From IMG/VR virus record IMGVR_UViG_3300045988_109082: a stretch of DNA of 63,750 nucleotides; one strand, written 5' to 3'. Below, piece by piece: positions 52,522 to 59,942 of the stretch; position 1 is the stretch's first letter, and each line of letters starts with the position of its first letter. The stretch is from a virus. The position numbers were made by a program, and so were the translations under genes. The notes under the pieces are model-generated. The model searched no databases and was not told where the DNA came from. It saw only the letters and a list, made by a program, of their open reading frames with translations.

Positions 52522-53062
52522 TAGGAGCCTCCTTAACCTTGTCGTTGTGCTGTCGGTAAGCGTCGATGAACCGTTGCGCCTGATATTCGGTCAACGTGCC
52601 ATAAGCGACCCGCGTTTGCAGGACGTTGCCGATGAAACCGTTCTCCTGACCCACCGGAATCTTGCAGTCTTCAAGAATCCGGTCGATCTGTGTTTTCTGC
52701 TCGTCGGTCATACCCTTGACAGAACGCTTTTTGTAGCCGCTCGTCTCACCGTCATCATCCGTGGTCGCCAGTCCGAACGCGCCGCAAGTGCTGTAGCGTC
52801 GCGCATACGTCAATGCGGAACCGAGGGCCTGCATGACGCTCATGCCACGCGAATCACCCACCTCGACCGGGATAAGACAATTACTGGCAATCCACTTGTC
52901 CGTGCCCTTCTTCCTGACGGCCGTATCCACATACAGGCGTCCGTCAACCAACTGGGTCGGCCATTGCAGGTCGAACCCCTGCTCGTCCACATAGTTCACG
53001 ACCTGAGCCAGGGTCGCATACGTGCCACGACCGCCCCGAGCGTCCTTCTTAATTACCGCCAT
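52511..53062 (-). CDS. ERF-family single-strand annealing protein
   Basis: 183 aa. MQALGSALTYARRYS is the ERF hallmark. Confidence 0.8.
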   Translation of the reverse strand: MAVIKKDARGGRGTYATLAQVVNYVDEQGFDLQWPTQLVDGRLYVDTAVRKKGTDKWIASNCLIPVEVGDSRGMSVMQALGSALTYARRYSTCGAFGLATTDDDGETSGYKKRSVKGMTDEQKTQIDRILEDCKIPVGQENGFIGNVLQTRVAYGTLTEYQAQRFIDAYRQHNDKVKEAPSEQ

Positions 53063-53904
53063 GATTCAATCTCCTCCTCTTCCTCCAACAGCTTCCAGTC
53101 GGGGAACACGACATCCTTCGGGTATTTAGGCAACCCGTAGGCCCTCATGGCCTCCAACGGGTCCTCCGTGTTGTCACGGAACCATCTGATGCCCTGCAAG
53201 GCGTGGTTTATCTTCGGTTCCGCCAGTTCGGTGATGATGGGCGAATCCTCCTGAATCTCGTAGCGCATCCAGTCGAACGGCGGGTTCTTCTCCTGCACGA
53301 CGAACTCGAAACCCAACGGCCCCTTATATTCGGGCATCGTCAACCGGTAGAGACGCATGTAGAACGCGGCCTGAATGTGATACCCGTACTGCCAGCAGGA
53401 ACGCTCGAACTCGTCCGGCGACTTCACCGTGGTCTTGTAATCACGGATACGCAGCACACCATCCGGGTCGGGAGTGGACGGCAACCAGTCCGCCTTGCCC
53501 TTAATCAACAATCCGGTATCAGGGTCGGCGGCGATCATCGCCACCTCCGGCTGACCATCCAGCTTCGTGAAGAAATCTCCAACCATGTCCCGCATGGCCT
53601 CGACCTTCTCCACATCATCGGGGGAAAGCCATACGATATCCTCGCCCTCATGCAGTTTCAATGTCTCCGCATACCTAGCTTTGCCTTCCTTGGTGCGTAG
53701 GTTCGGTTTCACCAGCACCTCGGGGCCACTGCCCAATATGAGACTGTGAGCCGCCTTCCCGAACTCGAACTGGGGGGAGGACGAATGCTCGCCGGTCAGA
53801 TACTGCGAATACGCCAACGGGCTGACCAGATACTTCTTCAACGCGGTCTGGTCCACCGCGTCAAACGCGAAGTAATCGTCATCGGCCATCTGCTCGACGG
53901 TCAT
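53053..53904 (-). CDS. PD-(D/E)XK exonuclease (RecE/Cas4-like)
   Basis: 283 aa from the ATG at 53904 behind AAGGAG. GKADWL...LRIRDYKTT...YGYHIQAAFY matches the D..D/ExK..Q...Y pattern. Confidence 0.75.
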   Translation of the reverse strand: MTVEQMADDDYFAFDAVDQTALKKYLVSPLAYSQYLTGEHSSSPQFEFGKAAHSLILGSGPEVLVKPNLRTKEGKARYAETLKLHEGEDIVWLSPDDVEKVEAMRDMVGDFFTKLDGQPEVAMIAADPDTGLLIKGKADWLPSTPDPDGVLRIRDYKTTVKSPDEFERSCWQYGYHIQAAFYMRLYRLTMPEYKGPLGFEFVVQEKNPPFDWMRYEIQEDSPIITELAEPKINHALQGIRWFRDNTEDPLEAMRAYGLPKYPKDVVFPDWKLLEEEEEIESWR

Positions 53905-54068
53905 TGCCACTCCTTTCTTGCTTTGAGTACTTCCTTGCCTAAAACCTTGATGGTGTCGGCCACCGAGTCGAGAAAATCGTCAACGTCCTCCGCGTCGTAG
54001 ACCTCTCCGTAAAGCAGGGAACGATACGTGCGGAACTTTCTATGCCGGACATCATTCGGGGTCAACAT
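53901..54068 (-). CDS. DivIVA-domain micro-protein (55 aa)
   Basis: Hand-translated MLTPNDVRHRKFRTYRSLLYGEVYDAEDVDDFLDSVADTIKVLGKEVLKARKEWQ, which matches the DivIVA N-terminal pattern. ATGA overlap downstream. Confidence 0.55.
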   Translation of the reverse strand: MLTPNDVRHRKFRTYRSLLYGEVYDAEDVDDFLDSVADTIKVLGKEVLKARKEWQ

Positions 54069-54330
54069 GAGAACCCCTCGACTGCATGGACAATTGTTCC
54101 TCGCGTTCCATCAGGTGACTGTGACGCCAAGTACGCGACTTACCCTGCTTGTGAGAGGCCTCCGCATAATCGGCCACATGGTCACGGCCAACGTCTCCCA
54201 CGACCTTCGAGGCCTCGTTCCAATCCGAGTACACGCGATCGTTCACGGCCACATACTTGTCCGCGAGATAACGGACGCAATCACCGAGATAACGGATGGC
54301 TTTGGCGATGGAGTTGAAATCAGATGCCAT
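54052..54330 (-). CDS. Hypothetical protein
   Basis: 92 aa from MASDFNSIAK behind ACGGAGGAC. The longer ORF-track version would run through the tRNA-like RNA. Confidence 0.55.
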   Translation of the reverse strand: MASDFNSIAKAIRYLGDCVRYLADKYVAVNDRVYSDWNEASKVVGDVGRDHVADYAEASHKQGKSRTWRHSHLMEREEQLSMQSRGSHVDPE

Positions 54331-54504
54331 CAGTCGGCGTCCTCCGTGTTGAGTAGTCTCATACGGTCGAATGGGGTGAGTTCCATGATTGTTTCCCTTC
54401 ACTGGGCTTGATTGTTTGGTTGTCCTTCTGCGCCGGTGCTGACACGTCCGAAAACCCTTGTATTGGTTTTCCGACGCAGGACGCGAAGGGGTTAAATTTT
54501 CTGA

Positions 54505-54592
54505 GCGCCAAGCCGGGAGTCGAACCCGGTGCACCTTGGAGAAGTCCATGACCATTGGAAGGCTTCGTAGGTGCGGCACCATGCGCTTGGCT
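54505..54592 (-). ncRNA. tRNA-like element TL1 (acceptor plus T-arm, non-cloverleaf core)
   Basis: 88 nt. Acceptor AGCCAAG/CTTGGCG (6 of 7 pairs). Perfect T-arm CCGGG-TTCGACT-CCCGG. Core is a GCA-tgg-TGC mini-hairpin plus a long interrupted arm capped by ATGGTCA. Confidence 0.5.
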
Positions 54593-54639
54593 GCCACCGG
54601 ACGAGGAAGTAAAAGAATAAAGAACCCCGCCCGGAAGAA

Positions 54640-55539
54640 TCATCTGGGTTGGATGAGGGTGTTGGAGCCCTCGGGTGTGACAATCAGCTGGTCGGCGTTC
54701 TTCAAAGCGTCGATGTAATGCTGCCGGAGCACGTTGTCGGTCAGGGAATCGTTCAGCACCTTGTTCGCGTCGGCCTCGCCCTGCGCCTTGATGCGCTTCG
54801 TCTCGGCCTCGACCTTCGCGGTCTCCTGCTCGTTCTTCGCCTTCTGCTTGGCGACCTCGGCGGCTTGGGCCTGCGCGTAGCTGTCGGTGATGGACTTCGG
54901 GTAGCGGATGTCTTGCACGGACACCTGTTCGACGGTCAGGCCGATGCTCTTCCATTTCGAGGTGAGCGCGTCCTGCACGGCCTTCGTGTACTTGCCACGG
55001 TCGGTGAGCATCGTGATCGTGTCGAACTTGCCGGAGGTTTCACGGGCCACGCTGCGCAGGTCGTTGCCGATGTAGTTCTGCGTGAACGTGGTCTGCTTGC
55101 CGTATTCCGAGTAGAGCATTTCGGCGGCGGACGGTTCGAGCGAATAGTTGACCTGAATGTCGATGTTCGCGCTGGCACCGCTACGGTCGTTGACCGTGAT
55201 CTCCTTGCCTTCCGCGCTGCCGCCGTCGTACTTGTAGTCGGTGTCCTTGAAGAAGTTGATGAGGTTGTTGCGCGTATCGTATTTGATGACCGACTGCCAC
55301 GGCGCCTTCGCATGGAAGCCCGCGTTCTCCGCATGACCGGCGACGGAGCCGCCCATGTTGCGGATGACGGCCACCTCGCCTACGTCCAGCGAGTATAGGC
55401 ATGCCGGAATCATCAACAGTGCGGCGACGATGATGGGAATGAAGCCGAAACCGGCTCCGTCGCCACCGTTGGCGAGTGCGACGGCTATCATGCCGACTCC
55501 GATGAGCAGGAGTATTACGGCGAGTATGAACCAGATCAT
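54640..55539 (-). CDS. SPFH / band-7 (prohibitin-homology) membrane protein
   Basis: 299 aa from MIWFILAVILLLIG behind GAAAGGAAC. Two N-terminal TM segments, then VGEVAVIRNMGG...FHAKAPWQSV...DIRYP and a coiled-coil AQAQAAEVAKQKAKNEQE. Confidence 0.8.
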   Translation of the reverse strand: MIWFILAVILLLIGVGMIAVALANGGDGAGFGFIPIIVAALLMIPACLYSLDVGEVAVIRNMGGSVAGHAENAGFHAKAPWQSVIKYDTRNNLINFFKDTDYKYDGGSAEGKEITVNDRSGASANIDIQVNYSLEPSAAEMLYSEYGKQTTFTQNYIGNDLRSVARETSGKFDTITMLTDRGKYTKAVQDALTSKWKSIGLTVEQVSVQDIRYPKSITDSYAQAQAAEVAKQKAKNEQETAKVEAETKRIKAQGEADANKVLNDSLTDNVLRQHYIDALKNADQLIVTPEGSNTLIQPR

Positions 55540-55766
55540 TTTTGTGTTCCTTTCGACAATGCGAACGAGAGCATGACGGGCGAACAGCACATGAAGCCTG
55601 CGAGAATGCTCCACGGGCCCGCATAGGGTTGCAGTGAGAGAATCAGGAACCCGGTCGCCGCCAACGTCAGACAAGTGATTGTCTTCGTGTTCTCATGCCG
55701 GTGCCGGCGTTCATCAGGTGAATGCTGCCAGCCGGAGCAGTGAGCCCCATACGTTTTCCTGTTCAT
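55536..55766 (-). CDS. Small two-TM membrane protein, translationally coupled to the SPFH gene
   Basis: 76 aa from MNRKTYG behind GGAAAGGA. ATGA overlap with the SPFH start. Confidence 0.55.
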   Translation of the reverse strand: MNRKTYGAHCSGWQHSPDERRHRHENTKTITCLTLAATGFLILSLQPYAGPWSILAGFMCCSPVMLSFALSKGTQK

Positions 55767-55783
55767 GACATGTCCTTTCCGCG

Positions 55784-55912
55784 TGGCCGGACTCGGATTC
55801 GAACCGAGAACGTCCTTGCCGCCACCGTGTTTCTGGTTTCTGAGAGATGGATGACGAGTCCTATGGTGTGGCGGCGATGGTGCGTGTCCAGACACCCCGA
55901 AGGGTTCCGGCC
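55784..55912 (-). ncRNA. tRNA-like element TL2 (perfect acceptor plus T-arm with ~95-nt expanded core)
   Basis: 129 nt. Acceptor GGCCGGA/TCCGGCC (7 of 7 pairs), A73. T-arm CTCGG-TTCGAAT-CCGAG. ACCC-UUCG-GGGU hairpin. 8-bp stem GCCGCCAC/GUGGCGGC with a ~42-nt loop. Confidence 0.5.
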
Positions 55913-55999
55913 GATGGTTGCCGCAGCAGATCGCAGTATGGTATTTATTTGCCTGTAGTCGATAGGTGGATAAAAAACGACCCACTGCGGCAAGACTTG

Positions 56000-56500
56000 T
56001 TAATTTCTTGACAGCACATCCGTGCAGGAGCGAAGCCTTCTCAGGTAGTCCGCTCTGCGGGCGGCTTCTCTCAGCCAGTCTTTCTTGACTTCTATCGGGT
56101 TGAGGGAGGGGCTTGAAATACTCACGTAATCGCATCCGCAGTCGTAGACCATTCCTTTGCCGACGATCTCTACAAGCGTCGGACGCTTATTGCAGATGGG
56201 GCATTCGGGAAGAGGTGCGTCCAGTGTTTTCTTAGACCGGTCCGCCAACTCATTCCAATGGTCGGCAACGTCGGCCTTATTACAGTAATTGACGCTCAAT
56301 CCGGAAGGACGCTTGGGATAATCGCAGTCGATGCACCGGCAATTCCAGAACCTGGTGCTGGCACCGCTTCCGAGCATTGAGCATCCGGCGCAGTAGACCG
56401 ATGGGGTCTTGCCGCAGATGGGGCATGGCTTGATCTCCGGTACGGGTGGCTCTTCATACAGGTTTTCCGGCTCTTCGGAACGTTTGTTGAAACCAAACAT
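56000..56500 (-). CDS. Tandem Lar-like zinc-ribbon protein
   Basis: 166 aa. CPICGK...ADHWNE and CPICNK...KKDWLREA repeats. Confidence 0.55.
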   Translation of the reverse strand: MFGFNKRSEEPENLYEEPPVPEIKPCPICGKTPSVYCAGCSMLGSGASTRFWNCRCIDCDYPKRPSGLSVNYCNKADVADHWNELADRSKKTLDAPLPECPICNKRPTLVEIVGKGMVYDCGCDYVSISSPSLNPIEVKKDWLREAARRADYLRRLRSCTDVLSRN

Positions 56501-56578
56501 GGGTTACTCGGTTTCCGTGATGGTCAGACTACGATTCGAAGTGTTCATAATGTCTCGATTCATTGAGAGGAGGTGAAT

Positions 56579-56776
56579 ATGGCTTTCGTCAAGTTCAATA
56601 AGGACTTCGATGACCGGTTGAAACAGATGGCCGTTCGTGCTGTGAAGGAGCAGAACGGCAATCGCTGCTATTACTGTGGTGCCGAAGTCGAGGACATGTC
56701 CGGTGTAGGCGAATCACAGTTGCCGGTCTGCCTGGATTGCGTGGCCAAGGGACTACCTGTTTCCTCCGGCCAGTAA
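56579..56776 (+). CDS. Small Zn-ribbon protein, antisense to the early operon
   Basis: 65 aa from MAFVKFNK behind GAGAGGAGGTGA. CYYCG...CLDC. Confidence 0.55.
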   Translation: MAFVKFNKDFDDRLKQMAVRAVKEQNGNRCYYCGAEVEDMSGVGESQLPVCLDCVAKGLPVSSGQ

Positions 56777-56895
56777 CTGTCCACGAGGGCGATGAAGTCC
56801 TTGGCGAAGCTCCTGAGCTTGCGCATATCCGGTACGATCTCCACTCCTACCTTTCCGCTGTAAATCTCAGGGGCTTCCATGTTTTCTGTACTCAT
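56671..56895 (-). CDS. Hypothetical protein, second gene of the early operon
   Basis: 74 aa. ATGA overlap with the Cro-like stop. Its 3' 106 nt overlap the convergent gene 56579..56776. Confidence 0.5.
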   Translation of the reverse strand: MSTENMEAPEIYSGKVGVEIVPDMRKLRSFAKDFIALVDSYWPEETGSPLATQSRQTGNCDSPTPDMSSTSAPQ

Positions 56896-57161
56896 GCTGT
56901 TACCTCCAAGTCAGGCGTCCCAGTGCCGAAGAACTTCTCATGCATGTCCACTGGAATGGTGAGCAGTTCCTCGAAACTGACTCCGAGCGCTTCGCAGATC
57001 ATGTCCAGTTCATCGACTTTGAAGGCCGGTTGGCCGGCGAGTCGGCGGGAGAGTTTGCTTACATCCCATCCGAGATTCGCCGCAAGCCATCGAAGGCTTT
57101 TCTGTGCGATGAAGAGACGGTATCGAATACCGGCTGCTGTTAGTTTCTGTGTGCTGCTCAT
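56892..57161 (-). CDS. Cro-like HTH regulator, first gene of the early operon
   Basis: 89 aa from MSSTQKLT. KSLRWLAANLGWDVSKLSRRLAG is HTH-like. Divergent from the CI-like gene. Confidence 0.7.
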   Translation of the reverse strand: MSSTQKLTAAGIRYRLFIAQKSLRWLAANLGWDVSKLSRRLAGQPAFKVDELDMICEALGVSFEELLTIPVDMHEKFFGTGTPDLEVTA

Positions 57162-57170
57162 GTCTATTAA

Positions 57171-57226
57171 CTTAGCATATGCCAAGTTTCTGTCAAGACT
57201 AGACACGCCGTATCGCATATGCTAAG
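57171..57226. promoter_or_regulatory. Genetic-switch operators: inverted 12-mers CTTAGCATATGC and GCATATGCTAAG
   Basis: Copies at 57171-57182 and 57215-57226 within the 73-bp divergent intergenic region. Each contains the palindrome GCATATGC. Confidence 0.65.
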
Positions 57227-57234
57227 ATTTAAGT

Positions 57235-57633
57235 ATGGCTAATCCAAATGATTTCCGCGAAATGTCTGCGTTCGCCTTGGCATTTGCGACGGAGTATAAA
57301 AAGTACATGAAGGCGCACAAGGTAAGGCAGCGTCAGATTGCTGAATACCTCGGTTTCACCGAAGCGTATGTCAGCGAAAGGGTCAATGGCAAAAGGGCCA
57401 TCGACACCAACGACGTAGATGCTCTTGCCACATTGTCGGGCACCACTGGCCGTTCGCTGATGATCGAACTGGCTCGCCTCACCAAGGAAACCTTGCGCCA
57501 GCCGGTATCCGAGACAGCCTCGGTGGCGTCCCAGCTTGAAAAGGTCATGGGCAAGAAAATCGAGATCGAGAGAGCGGCCTATAAGGATAAGAACAAGCAA
57601 GCGGAGTCTGGTCGCGGTGAAGACTTGGACTGA
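57235..57633 (+). CDS. CI-like repressor (XRE HTH)
   Basis: 132 aa. RQRQIAEYLGFTEAYVSERVNGKR is HTH-like. Followed by an ImmA-like peptidase gene. Confidence 0.75.
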   Translation: MANPNDFREMSAFALAFATEYKKYMKAHKVRQRQIAEYLGFTEAYVSERVNGKRAIDTNDVDALATLSGTTGRSLMIELARLTKETLRQPVSETASVASQLEKVMGKKIEIERAAYKDKNKQAESGRGEDLD

Positions 57634-58021
57634 CCTCACCCTTGAGGCACGTCACGTGGGAGTCCTCATAGAGGATAAGACATTCGATGGTTCGCAGTGC
57701 GGGGAATACGACCCAGTATCGCGTACCGCGTTCATAGACCCCACCATGAGCATGGAGCAGCTGGTATGCACGTTGCAGCATGAGCTTATCCATGCCAAGC
57801 ACTTCGATGACGGACTCAGACTATTGAGCCGCGAGAAGGAAGAGCGCCTGACGCGCAAGGAAACCGCATTGGCGTTGATAAACCCCGTGGACTACATGCA
57901 CGCCGAAGACCTGTACGGGGGAGAACCCTACGCGATGGCACAGGAACTCGGCATCACCGTCAGCGTCCTGCAGGATTACCGGCATTGGTTGCATGACAAT
58001 TTATCCACCAGAGCCGCCTGA
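57617..58021 (+). CDS. ImmA/IrrE-family metallopeptidase (anti-repressor protease)
   Basis: 134 aa from GTG. HEXXH motif present (LQHELIHAKH). Start uncertain. Confidence 0.7.
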   Translation: MKTWTDLTLEARHVGVLIEDKTFDGSQCGEYDPVSRTAFIDPTMSMEQLVCTLQHELIHAKHFDDGLRLLSREKEERLTRKETALALINPVDYMHAEDLYGGEPYAMAQELGITVSVLQDYRHWLHDNLSTRAA

Positions 58022-58071
58022 AGGGGGATACAATTAGGGCACATCCGCAATAAGGAGAATGGAGAGGAAAG

Positions 58072-58431
58072 ATGAAAAAGCTGTCCGCTGTAGGAGCCGT
58101 GCTAATATCCTTGGCCTTATTGACTGCTTGTGGCCAAACCTCGGAAGTCGAGAAAAAAGAGGACGTTCCGTCGTTGGCCACCATCGCCCGTGAATGCGAC
58201 GTGCATTTCTTCTACAAGCAGGACGATAGCGAAAAATGGTCACTTAACGCAGTCACGCAGGACGAATTCGATTGTGTGGTGGAAAAAGGAACCCCGACGA
58301 ATATTGCCGACGAAATCACCAAAGCTCAGAGTAGCGGAGAGAAGAAAAGCGGGAAAATCGAGGAGAACGGGTATTCCTACCAATGGTCGCTAAGTGGAGT
58401 CACGCCCCACATGACAATCAACGAACTTTGA
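58072..58431 (+). CDS. Lipoprotein (prophage moron)
   Basis: 119 aa. Lipobox LLTAC. Confidence 0.75.
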   Translation: MKKLSAVGAVLISLALLTACGQTSEVEKKEDVPSLATIARECDVHFFYKQDDSEKWSLNAVTQDEFDCVVEKGTPTNIADEITKAQSSGEKKSGKIEENGYSYQWSLSGVTPHMTINEL

Positions 58432-58462
58432 CACCAAGTTAGTCCGAGAGAAGTGAGCAGTA

Positions 58463-58834
58463 ATGAGCGACAACAATCCGCAGAAGCCGATTCCAGGCAG
58501 TCAACCGGCGACGGTCAAACCGGCGCAGCCGCAACAACAGGTTTCCGACGTGGACAAAACCACCGAACAACTGCAACGTGAGGTACTGCTGTTGCAGAAG
58601 AAGCAGTTGGAGAAGGAGGCGCAGGCCAAACCGGTCACGTTCGGCACCATCGTCGGCGCAACGCTGGTCGCATGGGTTATCATCGGAGTCGTCGGAGGTA
58701 TCGTCGCCGCGATAGGCTTCGGCTTCATGATGCATAATATTCAGGAGCAGCGGGATCAGGAGCAGCTAGAGCAATCCCTGTACTCATATTACGATTCAAA
58801 ATACAGTGACGATTCCGGTTCCTACGATTACTGA
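58463..58834 (+). CDS. Membrane protein (prophage moron)
   Basis: 123 aa. Central TM region FGTIVGATLVAWVIIGVVGGIVAAIGFGFMM. Confidence 0.7.
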   Translation: MSDNNPQKPIPGSQPATVKPAQPQQQVSDVDKTTEQLQREVLLLQKKQLEKEAQAKPVTFGTIVGATLVAWVIIGVVGGIVAAIGFGFMMHNIQEQRDQEQLEQSLYSYYDSKYSDDSGSYDY

Positions 58835-58851
58835 CGTATCGGAATGAAGAT

Positions 58852-58889
58852 TGGTCTCGTTCTCCTGTATTGGAGGACGAGACCATTTT
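58852..58889 (+). terminator. Intrinsic terminator
   Basis: TGGTCTCGTTCTCC-6 nt-GGAGGACGAGACCA followed by TTTT. Confidence 0.75.
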
Positions 58890-58911
58890 GTATACCACTA
58901 CAATATGATGG

Positions 58912-59415
58912 TCAGGTGTGTTTCCTAGTGGAGGGCCATACCTCATGGTTCGGGTCCCACCAGAGAATGTGAAACTCATTGCCTACAAGGAAACCGTACA
59001 GGCGTTCGGTTCCGCCCAAGCGGAACCGGGCCAACGCATCGCCTTCGCGTTCATAGTATTTCGCCAGCCGGTCCTGTGGCGTCTGGTTGGGGCATTGGGT
59101 GAAATCAGGGTAGCAGGTGAACGCCTGATATGAGGGGCTAATGATCTCGCCCACCGTCGCCTTTTCGAAGTCACGCATCTTCAACAGCAGCAGTCGATGC
59201 TCCTCGTCGCTCATGTGCGCGAGCGACCATGGACAGTCGGCCTCAAGGTCAACGCAGTCGAAACGGAATACGATGCGACGGTTCACGGAATCCTTGGGAA
59301 TCTCCGTGGCGGATTCGGGGACATGATAGCTTTTCGCCACGTGATGCGCGGGCACACGTTTTGAAGAGCTCGGGGCTTTGGCCTTGATGCTCTTGGTTTT
59401 GCTGCGGTGGCCCAC
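58912..59415 (-). CDS. Unknown protein coupled to the Panacea antitoxin (candidate toxin)
   Basis: 167 aa, GTG start sharing one nt with the upstream TAG. Basic N-terminus. No motif recognised. Confidence 0.6.
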   Translation of the reverse strand: MGHRSKTKSIKAKAPSSSKRVPAHHVAKSYHVPESATEIPKDSVNRRIVFRFDCVDLEADCPWSLAHMSDEEHRLLLLKMRDFEKATVGEIISPSYQAFTCYPDFTQCPNQTPQDRLAKYYEREGDALARFRLGGTERLYGFLVGNEFHILWWDPNHEVWPSTRKHT

Positions 59416-59852
59416 TAGTCGGTAAGGCTCCCATAGTATTCGGCCATGGCCGCTTCAGTTATCTCGGTGTTGCAGATGGCTCCCTGCGGGAGATCGCCTC
59501 GCGCATCCCTCCACGGGCGTTCGCTGTGGGTAAGCTCGCTGAGCTGGTAGGCTCCCATTTTCCCGTAGGCATTCAACACCGCGTCTATGGTGCTGGTGCC
59601 GTCTTCGTCTATGTTCGACGGGTCGCCGTGAATATCGCCGCGCGTGATCTTGAACATGCCCTTGTGCGCATGGTATAGGTCGGGGCACACCGGGCCGTTG
59701 GCCCATGCCTCGAATCGCTCGGGGAACAGACGCCGTTCATCCCATACGAGGGACCATGCCTGTGAATAGTAGCAGAGCTTTTCCAGCTTCATGGTGGTCA
59801 TGACGCCGAGCTTGTCCAGCACGTAAGCGGCCACGTCGAATATGCTTGTCAT
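59415..59852 (-). CDS. Panacea-domain (DUF4065, SocA/GepA-like) antitoxin
   Basis: 145 aa. TTMKLEKLCYYSQAWSLVWDERRLFPERFEAWANGPVCPDLY matches the DUF4065 core pattern. Confidence 0.75.
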   Translation of the reverse strand: MTSIFDVAAYVLDKLGVMTTMKLEKLCYYSQAWSLVWDERRLFPERFEAWANGPVCPDLYHAHKGMFKITRGDIHGDPSNIDEDGTSTIDAVLNAYGKMGAYQLSELTHSERPWRDARGDLPQGAICNTEITEAAMAEYYGSLTD

Positions 59853-59942
59853 GGTGCGCCTCCGTAACGTTCCTTCCGCTGGACATTCAAGGTGATTAAC
59901 TTACTCTTCCATTGTATGGCCGGCAAGTTTCGGCGCGCCAGT

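Noticed and set aside
54052-56135. Long ORF-track versions 54052..54597, 54359..54955, 54640..55674 and 55536..56135.
   Set aside because: Their 5' extensions run through the tRNA-like elements or lack an RBS. Internal starts with good RBS and ATGA coupling (54330, 55539, 55766) give cleaner gene models. 54359..54955 is a shadow of the SPFH gene.
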